Shown here: positions 13,405 through 25,294 of the stretch, in pieces | Numbering within the stretch: the first letter of the stretch is position 1 | Layout of the letters: each line of letters opens with the position of its first letter | NCBI RefSeq assembly: GCF_001194135.2 | Contig: NC_068984.1 | Span: forward strand, 70,515,713 to 70,568,549 | DNA from: Octopus bimaculoides | Lineage: Eukaryota | Direction of reading: 5' to 3' | DNA: 52,837 nt | Notes under the pieces: model-generated | The model's database searches: none | Told to the model about the DNA's origin: nothing | Seen by the model: only the letters and a program-made list of their open reading frames with translations | Made by a program: the position numbers and the translations under genes

Positions 13405-13700
13405 TACATTATTTACAGTTGACGGATATTTGACCTCATCTTGTTTGTTGTTAACACAATGTTTCAACTGATATACCCTCCAGCCTTCATCAGGTGTCTT
13501 GGGGAAATTTCGAACCTGGGTTCTCATTCCTAAGGTATTTTCCGATGTTGTTATTATTATTATTATTGTTATCATTATTATTATTATTATTACTATTATT
13601 ATTATTCATGTCACTGCCCAGAATTGAACTCGGAATCTTGGGGTTAGTAGCCCGCGCTCTTAACCACTATGCCATATGCCCGTGGGCATATGGCATAGTG
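13405..13700 (-). mobile_element. tRNA-headed SINE-like element carrying a hammerhead ribozyme motif
   Basis: A box TGGCATAGTGG (13664-13674), B box GAGTTCAATTC (13621-13631), (AAT)n linker, HHR motif, tail running into (TA)n; 17-bp-arm palindrome at 13665-13700. Confidence 0.7.
13453..13498 (-). ncRNA. Minimal type I hammerhead ribozyme motif, partly decayed
   Basis: GACAC CUGAUGA A GGCUG gaggguauau CAGUU GAAA CA UU GUGUU: stem I GACAC/GUGUU, stem II GGCUG/CAGUU, intact core. Confidence 0.7.
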
Positions 13701-14344
13701 CAGAAATAATAAGCAAATACCCTTACAAGGTAGAAAAAGTTGTCAACAAACAACCATGACTGTTTGTTAGGGTATTTGCCCATTATTTCTGCTATTCTAA
13801 TAGAAATACTGCATTCCAAAACATATCAACTTGTTGTTTGTATCGTACAATGTATATGTGTGTGTGCGTGCGCGTGCATGCATATGTATGTGTATGTATA
13901 TATGTGTGTGTGTGCGCGCGCGCGTGTGTGTATGTAACTTATTCTATCAAATTTACTTAAACCCTTAACAGAATGTTTGTGGGCAGTTAAATAACATATG
14001 CATTAACAGATGGAATCTCAGTTCAAGGATTAAACCATACTTACTGTTCCCTGTTTTCTATCCAAGATATAGTGATGAAATCTGTACATGTGTCTATACA
14101 CACTGCATTGCCAAAAATCTGTAGGTAGCCTCTACAAAACAGTGTAACACTAAAACAAAACACATCAATTTATGAACCAAATTAGCTGTGAAATAGTCAT
14201 ATCCAGTTTATTTAAACACTTAGTAGTAATTGTACCTGTGCATATTCCACACACAAAATCTAGTTTCCCTATTAACCTTCCTCTGATATTAATGCACCTC
14301 TAATGTGTCCATAGCTTACGGCAGGTACATCTTATGTAGTTTCT

Positions 14345-14935
14345 ACCAACACCTTTTTCTACAGATCAAGCAGGGCTTTGCGATTTGTCTGCTTTCCTAC
14401 TTACTAAGACTTTGGTTTTTGCTAGGTGAACTATAAGATCCTTTGATTCTAGTCCTTCCTTCCGTACCCAAAATTTCTTCTCGTGTTTTGGTAATGACTT
14501 GGCTATGAGAACAAGGTTATCCGCATAGAGAACTTCCCAAGAGCAGCCCTTCTTCAATTCCTCTGTTATTGCCTGGAGGACTATGATGAGCAAGAGGGGT
14601 CTGAGGATTGAGCCTTGGTGAACTCCTACTTGTACCCTGAATTCATTGCTATATTCGTTGCTAATCTTCACCTTACCGACAGCATCCCAGTACATAACTT
14701 GTATAGCTCTTACCAGTCACTCATCTATCCTTAGCTTCTGCCTTGACCACCAGATAAGAGAGTCGGGAACTCTGTCAAAGGCTTTCTTCATGTCAACAAA
14801 AGCTTTATTTTTTGGGGTTTATTTTTTGGCTAGATATTTCTCCAGGAATAGAGCATCAGTCATGCTCTGGCCTGGCACAAACCCAAACAGAATCTCATCT
14901 ACACTAACTCACTCTCAAATTAATTGAGCTATAGC
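14345..14935 (-). pseudogene. RTE LINE reverse transcriptase fragment
   Basis: FVDMKKAFDRVP, QVGVHQGSILRPLLLIIVLQAI, EVLYADNLVLI; homologous to 47579-48401. Confidence 0.9.
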
Positions 14936-14936
14936 C

Positions 14937-15064
14937 TACTCACAAGTCTTTGGTTGGCCTGAGGCTATAGTAGACTACACCTGCTCAAGATGCCACGCAG
15001 GGGGACTGAACCCAGAACCATGTGGTTGAGAAGCAAGTTTCTTACCATACATCCATGCCTGTAC
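14937..15064 (-). mobile_element. SINE family A, head and core only
   Basis: Reverse complement of the head and core of 5895-6300. Confidence 0.75.
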
Positions 15065-15279
15065 AATAAGTTCCATTTGAGTTTTAGATCTCAGTCACTC
15101 TGGTTACTGCGAAGAATGAAAAAAACATTTCTTGTTTCCTACATGGACCCACCTGAGTCTGAATCAACAGATTTCTCTCTCACCTTATATATCTTTCTCC
15201 ATTCAAGTTTGGTGTAATTGTAACAGACAAAACAGTCAGATATGCAGAAACAAGTTGAACAATAATGTAATGTTATTAG

Positions 15280-15308
15280 ATATTAAAAGCCAAAATGCCA
15301 AGCAATGG
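15280..15308 (+). CDS. Candidate exon of an unidentified gene (xIKSQNAKQW)
   Basis: gttattag|AT...TGG|gtaagg; phase 1 to 0, compatible with 15520. Confidence 0.35.
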
Positions 15309-15519
15309 GTAAGGTTGGGCATGTAGCTCTTTTTCTTTTTCAGTGTCTAATATCAAATTATATCTAAAATAAATGTCAATGCATTGTAAATTCAAATGTT
15401 AGTGTTTTTATTTTTTAAATCAACTGGGTTTGAAAGCATACCATGAAGACATTTAACAACTTGACAATACCATATATTAATGCCGCCAACTATATCTTAT
15501 CTTCATATTAATTCTACAG

Positions 15520-15559
15520 TTCCTGGTTCTTTCTCACTGGAAACAGAGAAAATATTCAG
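15520..15559 (+). CDS. Candidate exon (FLVLSHWKQRKYS; all three frames open)
   Basis: ttaattctacag|TTC...CAG|gtatgc. Confidence 0.4.
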
Positions 15560-15717
15560 GTATGCATATTTAGTCTCTGTACTGGATACATATCTACATT
15601 TTCTTTTTTATTATCTATTGTACATTTTCAGTACATAAACAGTGGACATATATCTTATAGTAATTGATATTTCTAGCATTGCTTGGGTAGCCTTTATTTT
15701 TTCGTCCTTCTGTAGTT

Positions 15718-15885
15718 CATCATCATCATCATCATTTAATGTTCATTGTCCATGTTGGCATGGGTTGGATGGTTTGACCAGAGCTGGCCTGCTGCAGAGC
15801 TGCACCAAGCTCCAGGCTGATTTGGCATGGTTTCTACGGTTGTATACCCTTCATAACATAAACATACCACACAATATACTGATGT
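15718..15885 (-). mobile_element. RTE-type 3' tail fragment
   Basis: (CAT)n TTTAATGTTC...CATGGGTTGGATGG...GATTTGGCATGGTTTCTAC, matching the reverse complement of 49300-49423. Confidence 0.7.
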
Positions 15886-15999
15886 TGAAAAACAGGCATG
15901 CAGTTTACCAGTCTGAGTAGTCCAATGATTACAACTAAATGCAATAAGAATAATCTGTTCTATTATATGCACAAGGCCTTGAATGTGGTGGTTAAGTCA

Positions 16000-16135
16000 A
16001 TTATATATTGATTCCAGTATCCAGCTGGTACTTAATTTATCAACTCTCAAAGTTGACCCTGGCAGAATTTGAATCCAGAATGTAAAAACAGACAAAATGC
16101 TATTAAGTATTTTACCCAGCATGCTAAAACTGGGT
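16000..16135 (-). mobile_element. tRNA-derived SINE, family C fragment
   Basis: Reverse complement of the CTGAGTTCAAATTC...GATAAATTAAGTACCAG block seen at 47390-47460. Confidence 0.6.
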
Positions 16136-18098
16136 AAAATATTATGCCATTTTGCAGCCTTACTAATAGTAATAATAATAGTGCCAGTAAACTGAAACTG
16201 GCTGAGTGGGTAATTTGACAAGCTGAATGGTCAGTGGCTCAAATTTAGTGACAAGCTGAAATGGTCAGTGGCTCAAATTTAGTGACAGGCATTGTGGCTG
16301 CATGAACAGTGTACTTAACTATGACCAGGAAACACAATGAAAGGAATGGTGAGAATACTTTGAATTGCTAAATGTTTTATAAAATTCTTGCAAAATTGTA
16401 TCGCTATTTGGCCTCCCTTCTCTTGATGGACTCCACGAAGTGAAAGTTTTCACTGTCCTCTTAAGTCAAATGAAATCTATGCAACAATTTAAAAGAGAAA
16501 ATTGTATAAGCTTGTGTTATTGATGTTGTTTAACCCAATGAAGTTATGATAGTGAAAAGCTGTGATCAAAGGCCTTCCTGCAATGATCTTGTTCTCTTTT
16601 TATTTTTGTATACATACAGAACTAGAATGTCCAATATACCTTGTTCTTAAAAGGTAGGTCTATGATTTGACAGAGATTTAGCTACTATCTCTAGCAGGTT
16701 GAATGAACGTGTGCTTTTTGCCTCAAATCAGTCTTAAACATAGAGACATATAATCATAGGAGTCCCAGTCATGAGGGTCCTGCCTTTTTATCCAAACATT
16801 GTATATCTAGAGCTGTATTATCCAATGTGTCCTTTATTTAGATAGGATATGATTTGAAAAGGATTTGGTTTCTGTCTGCCCTAATTGATCATGCAGTCGC
16901 ATAATCGCGGCATCAGGTAATTCATAGGCCATTCAAATGTATAAACTTTATTACACCCTATTTCAATACCTACACCAAAGTTGCCAGTTTCAATTAATGG
17001 TTGCAGAAAGCATCTTACCATAAAACCACCTGCTTCAACAATTTTATGGAAATTCTCAGATTTTCAGACTGAAATAGGAGTAAAAAGAAAACCATATCAA
17101 CTTTCAAACTAAACCTGTTTGTCTGAATATGATTGTATTTCCTTTAGACCAGAGGAAATGGATTAATAAATACAGTAAAACCATCTTTTGTCAAGCTTAT
17201 TTTGTTTCTTAATGGTTTTTATTGATGCTGCCATTTTATTTTGGTGGTGGTAATGGGCACTATTGTGCATGTAAGTGGGGCTTTTTGTGTGCCACAACAT
17301 CATTTTTTCTGTTATCCTCATTATATTAGTAGATCAATATTTTTTCTTTTCCTACATTGTAAAGGAGCACAAAGTTGTTACACTTATAATAAAAACAGAA
17401 TCAAACCCGTGTATGAGTGGTAGCCAAGGGCAAAACATATTGCATTTATTTCAGCAGATGTAAAGCTTCAATTCTGTCAGTAGCTAAAAACTGTAACATA
17501 ATTTGAAATCAATCTACTACAATAATACTGCTTATTGAGAGTAAAATAGAAAAACTAAAATCAGTATCATTGATGAAAATATCCAAAGCTGAGCCTTAAT
17601 AAGACAAAATGTCACTGAAATAGTATTAAGTACACAATTCTATAAGGTATTTTTTATTTTTGCTTTACAGTTGTTATTCAACCCTGATTGAGCCAATTCA
17701 TGATAAAAGGCATTCTAGCCAAAGCCATTTTATCTTTTGTATATCAGGGACTACATTATCTAACATGTCTTACTTTTTTAAGTAGGTACAGTTTGGAGGA
17801 ATTTAGCTGCCATTTGTAAGAGTTCTGGTGAAGCTCCCCCATTATCTCTAAATTTTCTAATGTGCAACTCCAAATAGTGCTATATGTTTTCGTTTGGTTT
17901 GTAAACGGTGGCTTTACTAACAATGAATGTGTCTGAGCTGTTTGTTCTTCACTAGTCTGGAAGATTATTGCTACACATGAAAACAGGTGGGGATTGGCAT
18001 CAAGCTATAGAAAATCTGCCCTAACATTCTCCTTTGACCCATGCAAGCATGAAAAAGTAAATGCTTAAATGATGATTATAGAATGTGCATACACACAC

Positions 18099-18142
<44 letters not shown>

Positions 18143-18201
18143 TTGCAAGATTTTTATTGGCTAAACTGGCAATATGACCATCCGCAAATACNNNNNNNNN
18201 N

Positions 18202-18238
<37 letters not shown>

Positions 18239-18287
18239 CATATGTTTATATATATATGAAAGATAATGATAATTTTAATTTCTTCAG

Positions 18288-18352
18288 TAAGCTTTAGTTC
18301 ACAAATATTTGGAGAGAATATAGTCAATTACATTGATTTCAGTAATGGACAG
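18288..18352 (+). CDS. Candidate exon (SFSSQIFGENIVNYIDFSNGQ)
   Basis: ttaatttcttcag|TA...CAG|gtattt; only one open frame, phase 1 to 0. Confidence 0.45.
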
Positions 18353-19254
18353 GTATTTATTTAATTGATATCTTGGTAGAATGGAAAGCAAAATCAACCT
18401 CAGAGTGAAAAGCGAAACATGATAAATACTGCAATGTATTTTGTCTGATTCTTCCACCCCACAACTTTTATGATAATAGAAATATTGAAGTGATAGCATA
18501 GGATTTATAGCAAAAACAGAAATGTTGATAAATACCAGGATATCAGTTATAATGATCATACGACTCATACAAGAATGCACATTTTGTATGAAATTATTTT
18601 ACTAGATTCAGACATGACAGCACTAAGTTGGTTATTTTATCATGAAACATGAAAGATTACCAACTAACCATTATCATTAGATATATGGGTTACATTATTC
18701 AAATGCATTCATATTTGGTAACGATAAAAAAAGATAGATAGAAAGAAAAGGCGAAAATATTTGTTAGAAACCAAATACTGAGAGTATTCTAAATTGCTGA
18801 TTAAAGTCGTGTACATATTTCACGATGTTTTTGTTTGCAGCATAATTAACATAACTTAATATAACATCCTTCTCGTTATTTTCTATTTTATTATCTATAT
18901 TCCAGCGTTAACATATTGTCTGGTATAACACTATTCTCTGGTCCTTAGATGTATTTAGTGGAGTTCCTCCTGTTGCAAATATTCAGACCAATTTCCTGTA
19001 TCACTTCCTGTCATACTCTTTTACTCCTTTACTTGTCTCAGTCATTGCACTGTAGTCATACTGGAGCACCACTTTGTAGGTTTAGCTGAACTGCTAAGTT
19101 ACAGGGATGTTAAGAAACGAACACCGGTTGTTAAGTGGTGACAGAAGGTTAACACACATATGCACATATATGTAGTATATATCCTCACCACCACCACCAC
19201 TACCACCACCATCATCATCATCATCGTCATCATCATAATCATCATCATGATCAT

Positions 19255-19455
19255 GATCATCATCATCATCATCATTTAAAGTCCGTTTTCTCAGCTTGCA
19301 TAGGCTGGATGGCATGACAGGAAATGGTAAGGGCAGAGGCCACACCATGTTCCAAAGTCTGTTTTGGCTTGCTTTCCACAGCTGGATGCCCTTTCTAATG
19401 CCCTCCACTTTTTATATGGCATCATCACCAGTGCCTTTTATGCAGCACTAGCACC
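19255..19455 (-). mobile_element. RTE-type 3' tail lying within a split family A SINE
   Basis: (CAT)n TTTAAAGTCCG...CAGCTGGATGCCCTTTCTAATGCC; SINE pieces at about 19015-19145 and 19540-19600. Confidence 0.65.
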
Positions 19456-19694
19456 ATGTATACTTGTGTGTGTGTGCATGTGCATGTGTGTGCATGTGCA
19501 TGTGTGTGCATGTGTATGTGTGTATGTGTGTGTGCGATGTACTGCTTCTGCACAGTTACTTTTAACCAAATTCACTCATAAGACATTTGTTAAATTGATG
19601 TTATAGGACAATAATATATAATGAAATAACAAAAGTTTGCCTAAGATGCTGCACAGTGTCTGCAGATCACTTTGAGATGATATTTTCCAATATA

Positions 19695-20713
19695 TGAGGT
19701 CTGATCAATAGATATCCAGACTGTGGCCATAGTAACGAAGCTAAAGCACACAGGATAAAACCACTTGGCAATGATTGACCTTGAACTCTGCTGTGCATGC
19801 ACACTAAGAGTTAGCATTCTAGCTCACTTCTGTTGTTTACAGCATTGATTGGAAGGAAGGTGTGTAGTGTATGATTGTTGCATTGATCATGACAAAGAAA
19901 GTTGTCATGGCAATACCTGCTCAGAGTTGCAGAAAATGTATAGAAACATGTAATGTTGATATTGACGAATGTTCTGGGAGACTTGCAACGAGCAGAACTG
20001 AGAAAAGCATCGCAAATGTGCGTGCACTTGTGAGAGGAAATCGTCGAATCCCCATCTGTGAGTTATCAGAGGATGTGCAGATTAGTTACGGTTCAGTTCA
20101 GTCCATTATCACTGAAGAATTGGGTATGAGACGCTGTTATGTTGACACCCCCAGCTGAAGAAGTAGGATTTCCCAAGACATATAACTAGAGGTAGTCTGG
20201 CCATGGTAGAAGTGTTGAGTAGCAGTCGAGTAGCTGTTGAGTAACAGCCAAGTAGCTGTTGAGTAGCGGTGGAGTAGAGATCATCCGAAGGTGCTAGATA
20301 GCAGTAGCTTGAGACATAACAGTCGCATGTCTGCCAAGTTTGTGCCAAAACTGCTTTCAGCTGACCAAAAAGACACCCAGGTTTCAGTTGCCCAAGATCT
20401 CCTTGATTGTGTTGAGAACGATGAAAATTTTTGGAAAACTTTGCGTAGGCCTCTGAGTAGGTAGCACCAAGCTTTTAACAAAATTCGATGCAGATTCTCT
20501 GCTCAACTTCCTCTGTCATGGTCAATGCAATGATCACACACTACACACCTTCCTTCTGAGCACTGCTGTAAACATCGGAATTGAGCTAGAACATTAAAAC
20601 TTAGTGCACATGCACAGTAGCAATCAAGGTCAATCTGTGTCAAGCAGCTTTATTCTGCGTGCTTTAGCTTCGTTACTATAGCAATAGTCCTAATACTTAT
20701 TGATCAGACTACA
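19695..20713 (+). mobile_element. Non-autonomous mariner element with long inverted ends and a transposase remnant
   Basis: TA|TGAGGTCTGATCAATA...TATTGATCAGACTACA|TA; remnant DECSGRLATSRTEK...VRGNRR...ISYGSVQSIITEELGMRR / MSAKFVPKLLSADQK, including the FVPKLL linker motif. Confidence 0.9.
20135..20321. mobile_element. Short solo LTR (187 bp) inserted in the mariner remnant
   Basis: TGTTATGT...ACATAACA perfect 8-bp inverted ends; 5-bp TSD GACGC/GTCGC; removing it restores GMRRMSAKFVPKLL. Confidence 0.8.
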
Positions 20714-20804
20714 TATATCACAATTACATGTCATTATTCTGGCATGCATTGTCAAGTCATCGACTTTTATGATCTTAAATAGCAGAATTCCTATCACTTT
20801 CGAA

Positions 20805-21205
20805 TTAATGAGGCTTATAATCTTTTACCTGTTTAAGTCATTAGACTGCTGCCATGCTAGGGCACTGCCTTGAATTTTTAGTGGAATGAATTGACCCCAG
20901 TATTTCTTTTTAAAGCTTAGTATTCACTCTATAGGACTCTTTTTCCGAACTGCTAAGTTACAGAGACGTAAACACACCAACACCAATTGTCAAATGATGA
21001 TGGTGGGGAACAAACACAGACACACACATAGATATATATACGATGAGATTCTTTCAGTTTCCGTCTACCAAATCTATTCACAAGGCTTTGCTTGGCCTGA
21101 GGCTATTGTAGAAGATGTTTGCCCAAGGTGCCATGCACTGGGATTGAACCTAGAACTACCTGGTTTGGAAGCAAGCTTCTTACCAAACAGCCACTCCTGT
21201 GCCTA
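20805..21205 (-). mobile_element. tRNA-derived SINE, family A
   Basis: Full reverse-strand homologue of 5895-6300. Confidence 0.8.
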
Positions 21206-21363
21206 TGAAGTGTAAAAAAAAAAAGAAACAACCATGTAATATTAGTCAGTTTGGACATGTGGAAAATGGTAAACCATATGAATTTGATGTGACATTTGTC
21301 ATTTGCACTCACCTCCTTAGGGAATAATTCTCATGACAATTCAAACATGAGAATTTTCCAATT

Positions 21364-21495
<132 letters not shown>

Positions 21496-21499
21496 CAAA

Positions 21500-22610
21500 C
21501 TTCTGTAATTGGCTTTTTTTAACATGGAGAAAACCCTTGACAGGGTGCCGCACTTAATTATCTGGTGGTCAATGCAGAAGCTAGGGATAAATGGGTACTT
21601 GGTCAGGGGTTGGCTCTCAGCCATTTTTTGCTCATCATAGTGCTCCAGACCATAACAGAGGAATTTAGGACAGACTGCCCCTGGGAGCTCTTCCATGCTG
21701 ATGACCTTGTCCTTTTTAGCAGAATTGCTGCCAGAATTACTGAAGAAATTTCATGTGTAGAGGCAAGATCCAAAATCAAAGGGCCTTAGAGTTAATTTAG
21801 CAAAGACCGAAGTTCTAGTAAGTATGGAAACAGACAAATTACTAATCCAAATAGGGAGATGGCCCTACTTGATTTGTAGAAAATGTGTTGGTAGAAATTC
21901 TGTATGGTGTACCCAGGGCAAGCTATGGACACATAAGAAGTGCTGCAGTATCACAGGAAGGTTAACAGAGCAAGCAGCCTTTGTTTATGGCAGATGTGCA
22001 GGTACAATAAGCACAAAGAAGGTATAGAAACAGGCTTCTAGAAACGTCTATGGGCATCTTTAGAAGTAGTAGATAGCTACAACTAACTAGGTGACCAAGT
22101 TAGCAGAAGAGGAGGATTCTCTGAAAGTGTAGTTGCTTGAATAAGAACAGGCTTGGCAAAGTTAAGAGAGCTTCTACATTTGTTTATGACATAGGCCCCT
22201 CCCTCAGAGTGCTATATTGCAGTGAAACATAGGCTATGAATACAGAGAGAAAGCAAAGGCTTAAAAGAAATGAAGCCAGCACACTCCCCTGCATCGCTAA
22301 TTTCAATGAGGCCCAACAAAGTGTAAATGATTTAAGAGAAAAATTGGATCTAAGAGGCATCAGGTATTGTGTACAAGAGAGAAGACTGTTTTGATATGGA
22401 CATGTGATGTATATGGATAAGGACAACTACATAAATCTCTTTAATTGTGGATGGAATCTGTAGAAGAGGTAGATCCAGGAAGAAGTGGGATGAAATGGAG
22501 AGAAAGGATCACCAGATGTTGAGCATCACAAAGGAGATAACAAGAGAATGAGATCTCTGGCAATTTGTTGTGCTTTAGCAGACACATCAAGCTAAGTAAA
22601 ATCACCATCA
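21500..22610 (+). pseudogene. 5'-truncated RTE LINE (RT to 3' end)
   Basis: WELFHADDLVL, Cys-rich segment, LRGIRYCVQERRL..GHV, GRSRKKWDE; many stops and frameshifts. Confidence 0.88.
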
Positions 22611-22677
22611 ACCATATTTACAGGTATGTTCATTACAACCATGCATCTTCTCCCACACACATACACACATATATGTT

Positions 22678-23056
22678 GTTGGCACTCCGTCGCTTACGAC
22701 GTCGAGGGTTACAGTTGATCTGATCAACGGAACAGCCTGCTTGTGAAATTAACGTGCAAGTAGTTGAGCACTCCACAGATACGTGTACCCTTGACGTAGT
22801 TCTCAGGGATATTCAGCGTGACACAGTGTGACAAGGCTGACCCTTTGAATTACAGGCACAACAGAAACAGGAAGTAAGAGTGAGAGAAAGTTGTGGTGAA
22901 AGAGTACAGCAGGATTCGCCACCATCCCTTGCCGGAGCCTCGTGGAGCTTTATGTGTTTTTGCTCAATAAGCACTCACAACGCCTGGTCTGGGAATCGAA
23001 ACTGCGATCCTATGACCACGAGTCTGCTGCCCTAACCACTGGGCAATTGCGCCTCC
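22678..23056 (-). mobile_element. tRNA-derived SINE, family B
   Basis: Minus-strand head GGAGGCGCAATTGCCCAGTGGTTAGGG...GTTTCGATTCCC (A and B boxes) followed by a GC-rich body of about 300 bp. Confidence 0.8.
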
Positions 23057-24586
23057 ACACACACACACATATATACACACACACATACATAATCTGTCTT
23101 CTGTCAAAGCACTCCTACAACCATTCTTCTCAGCATCCTGCCCCATCACACTACCCATGATCACCACACTCTGCATACCCCTTCGCTCACCTTCAGATGC
23201 TCATCAGCAATTTTTCCATGCTTTAACATATCTACCATACCCTACACCCAGTCCTTCCATTTCCTCTTATCATCACTCACTACAGTCATATCTTCCCCAT
23301 CTCTAAACACCTCCCATCACACTCTTCTGGTACATCACACTGGCTCCAATACATTTCCAGCACATTAAATGATGATGATGATGATGATAATGAATTCTTG
23401 GAACATTGGAATTTGAAGCAGATTAGCTATAAATAATAGCATATGAATACTGGGCTAAAGACATTTGGATAGGAAAAGTTGAAGGCTATCCATGGGTATC
23501 AATCTCATATCTCCTGTAAGCATGAAAGTCATTCTACCATTAGATCAAAACAATCCTTCCAAATTCTCAACTCGTTTTAGAAACATTAATCTTGCTTTAG
23601 AGATATGTACATCGATGATGTCATAGGAATTTATAAACTTCAAGAGAACATGAAATATAATTTTTATTTGGAACATTGGAACTTGAAGCAGATAAGCACT
23701 ACAAAATGGATGCAGATAATTGAGTTCCATCTGGTTTTGGTAAATATCACATTGTATTCCATTGCCAGAATCTATTATATCAAGTGGTATAAAGTTTCAT
23801 TTCATTTCACACATATGACAAATGCGTTATTCGCTTTCATAAAACACCACTTGATTAATTCTAACATACTGTAAATGCAAGCGTTAATTGCAAGTAACCA
23901 TCACTCTTATTTATTTGTTTACTTATTTTTCTAAAGTACCTAATTAAGAATTTATACTTGGAGAAGCTGATTGCAATTTGAATTCCTTTTCAAATGTAAT
24001 TCTTCATAAAATTCAGCATTCAAGAAAGTTTTTTTTCCACTGGAAATGATTGATGAATATATTTTACATTTGTTGTTTACCCCTGGTAGGTACTTTAGTT
24101 AATTTATCTTTTTTGTCTCTCTTTCTTTTAAGCAATTAAAGCCAAGACAAACCAGATTCTTTAATTCAAATTTTGTGATTATTCTTTCTCTGAATACCAT
24201 ATCTCCTCCCATTTCTTTCTTTAATACTTATACTTAAAATAAATTCTACATATATTTTTCTGATTCTTAATTGTCCTCGTCACACTTTACTATGTCTGAT
24301 TTTAAAAATCGTCTTTTCAGTGTGTTTATTTGTAATTTATTTATTTAATTTTTTTTCTTGTAATTTATATAAATGGATTAACAGCAGTACTACATAAAGT
24401 TAGAAATAATAAATGAAAAAAGGCATATAACACTTAAAGTGCATGTCATATGCTTTAATTTCTTTACCAATTATCTTACAATAGCTGAAAAAGTTTTGGC
24501 ATGAATTCTAGTGGTAAGCATTACCAAACATCCTTCAAATTTAACTACTTCAAGCAATGTTATATTTTCCTGTATATATATATGTA

Positions 24587-24639
<53 letters not shown>

Positions 24640-25256
24640 NNNNNNNNNNNNNNNNNNNNNNNNNNNNNNNNNNNNNNNNNNNNNNNNNNNNNNNNNNNNN
24701 NNNNNNNNNNNNNNNNNNNNNNNNNNNNNNNNNNNNNNNNNNNNNNNNNNNNNNNNNNNNNNNNNNNNNNNNNNNNNNNNNNNNNNNNNNNNNNNNNNNN
24801 NNNNNNNNNNNNNNNNNNNNNNNNNNNNNNNNNNNNNNNNNNNNNNNNNNNNNNNNNNNNNNNNNNNNNNNNNNNNNNNNNNNNNNNNNNNNNNNNNNNN
24901 NNNNNNNNNNNNNNNNNNNNNNNNNNNNNNNNNNNNNNNNNNNNNNNNNNNNNNNNNNNNNNNNNNNNNNNNNNNNNNNNNNNNNNNNNNNNNNNNNNNN
25001 NNNNNNNNNNNNNNNNNNNNNNNNNNNNNNNNNNNNNNNNNNNNNNNNNNNNNNNNNNNNNNNNNNNNNNNNNNNNNNNNNNNNNNNNNNNNNNNNNNNN
25101 NNNNNNNNNNNNNNNNNNNNNNNNNNNNNNNNNNNNNNNNNNNNNNNNNNNNNNNNNNNNNNNNNNNNNNNNNNNNNNNNNNNNNNNNNNNNNNNNNNNN
25201 NNNNNNNNNNNNNNNNNNNNNNNNNNNNNNNNNNNNNNNNNNNNNNNNNNNNNNNN

Positions 25257-25257
<1 letters not shown>
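24640..25257. other. Assembly gap flanked by (TA)n
   Basis: Run of N. Confidence 0.99.

Positions 25258-25290
<33 letters not shown>

Positions 25291-25294
<4 letters not shown>

Noticed and set aside
13607-13681. tRNA gene (also the heads at 22990-23056 and in families A and C)
   Set aside because: A and B boxes are present but there is no complete cloverleaf with paired acceptor stem; each is fused to a repeat body, so these are SINE heads.
17148-17270. Exon-like segment with good splice sites and a length divisible by 3
   Set aside because: All three frames contain stops.
23605-23874. ORF starting MYIDDV as a possible RT motif
   Set aside because: No other RT motifs are nearby and the downstream residues do not fit.
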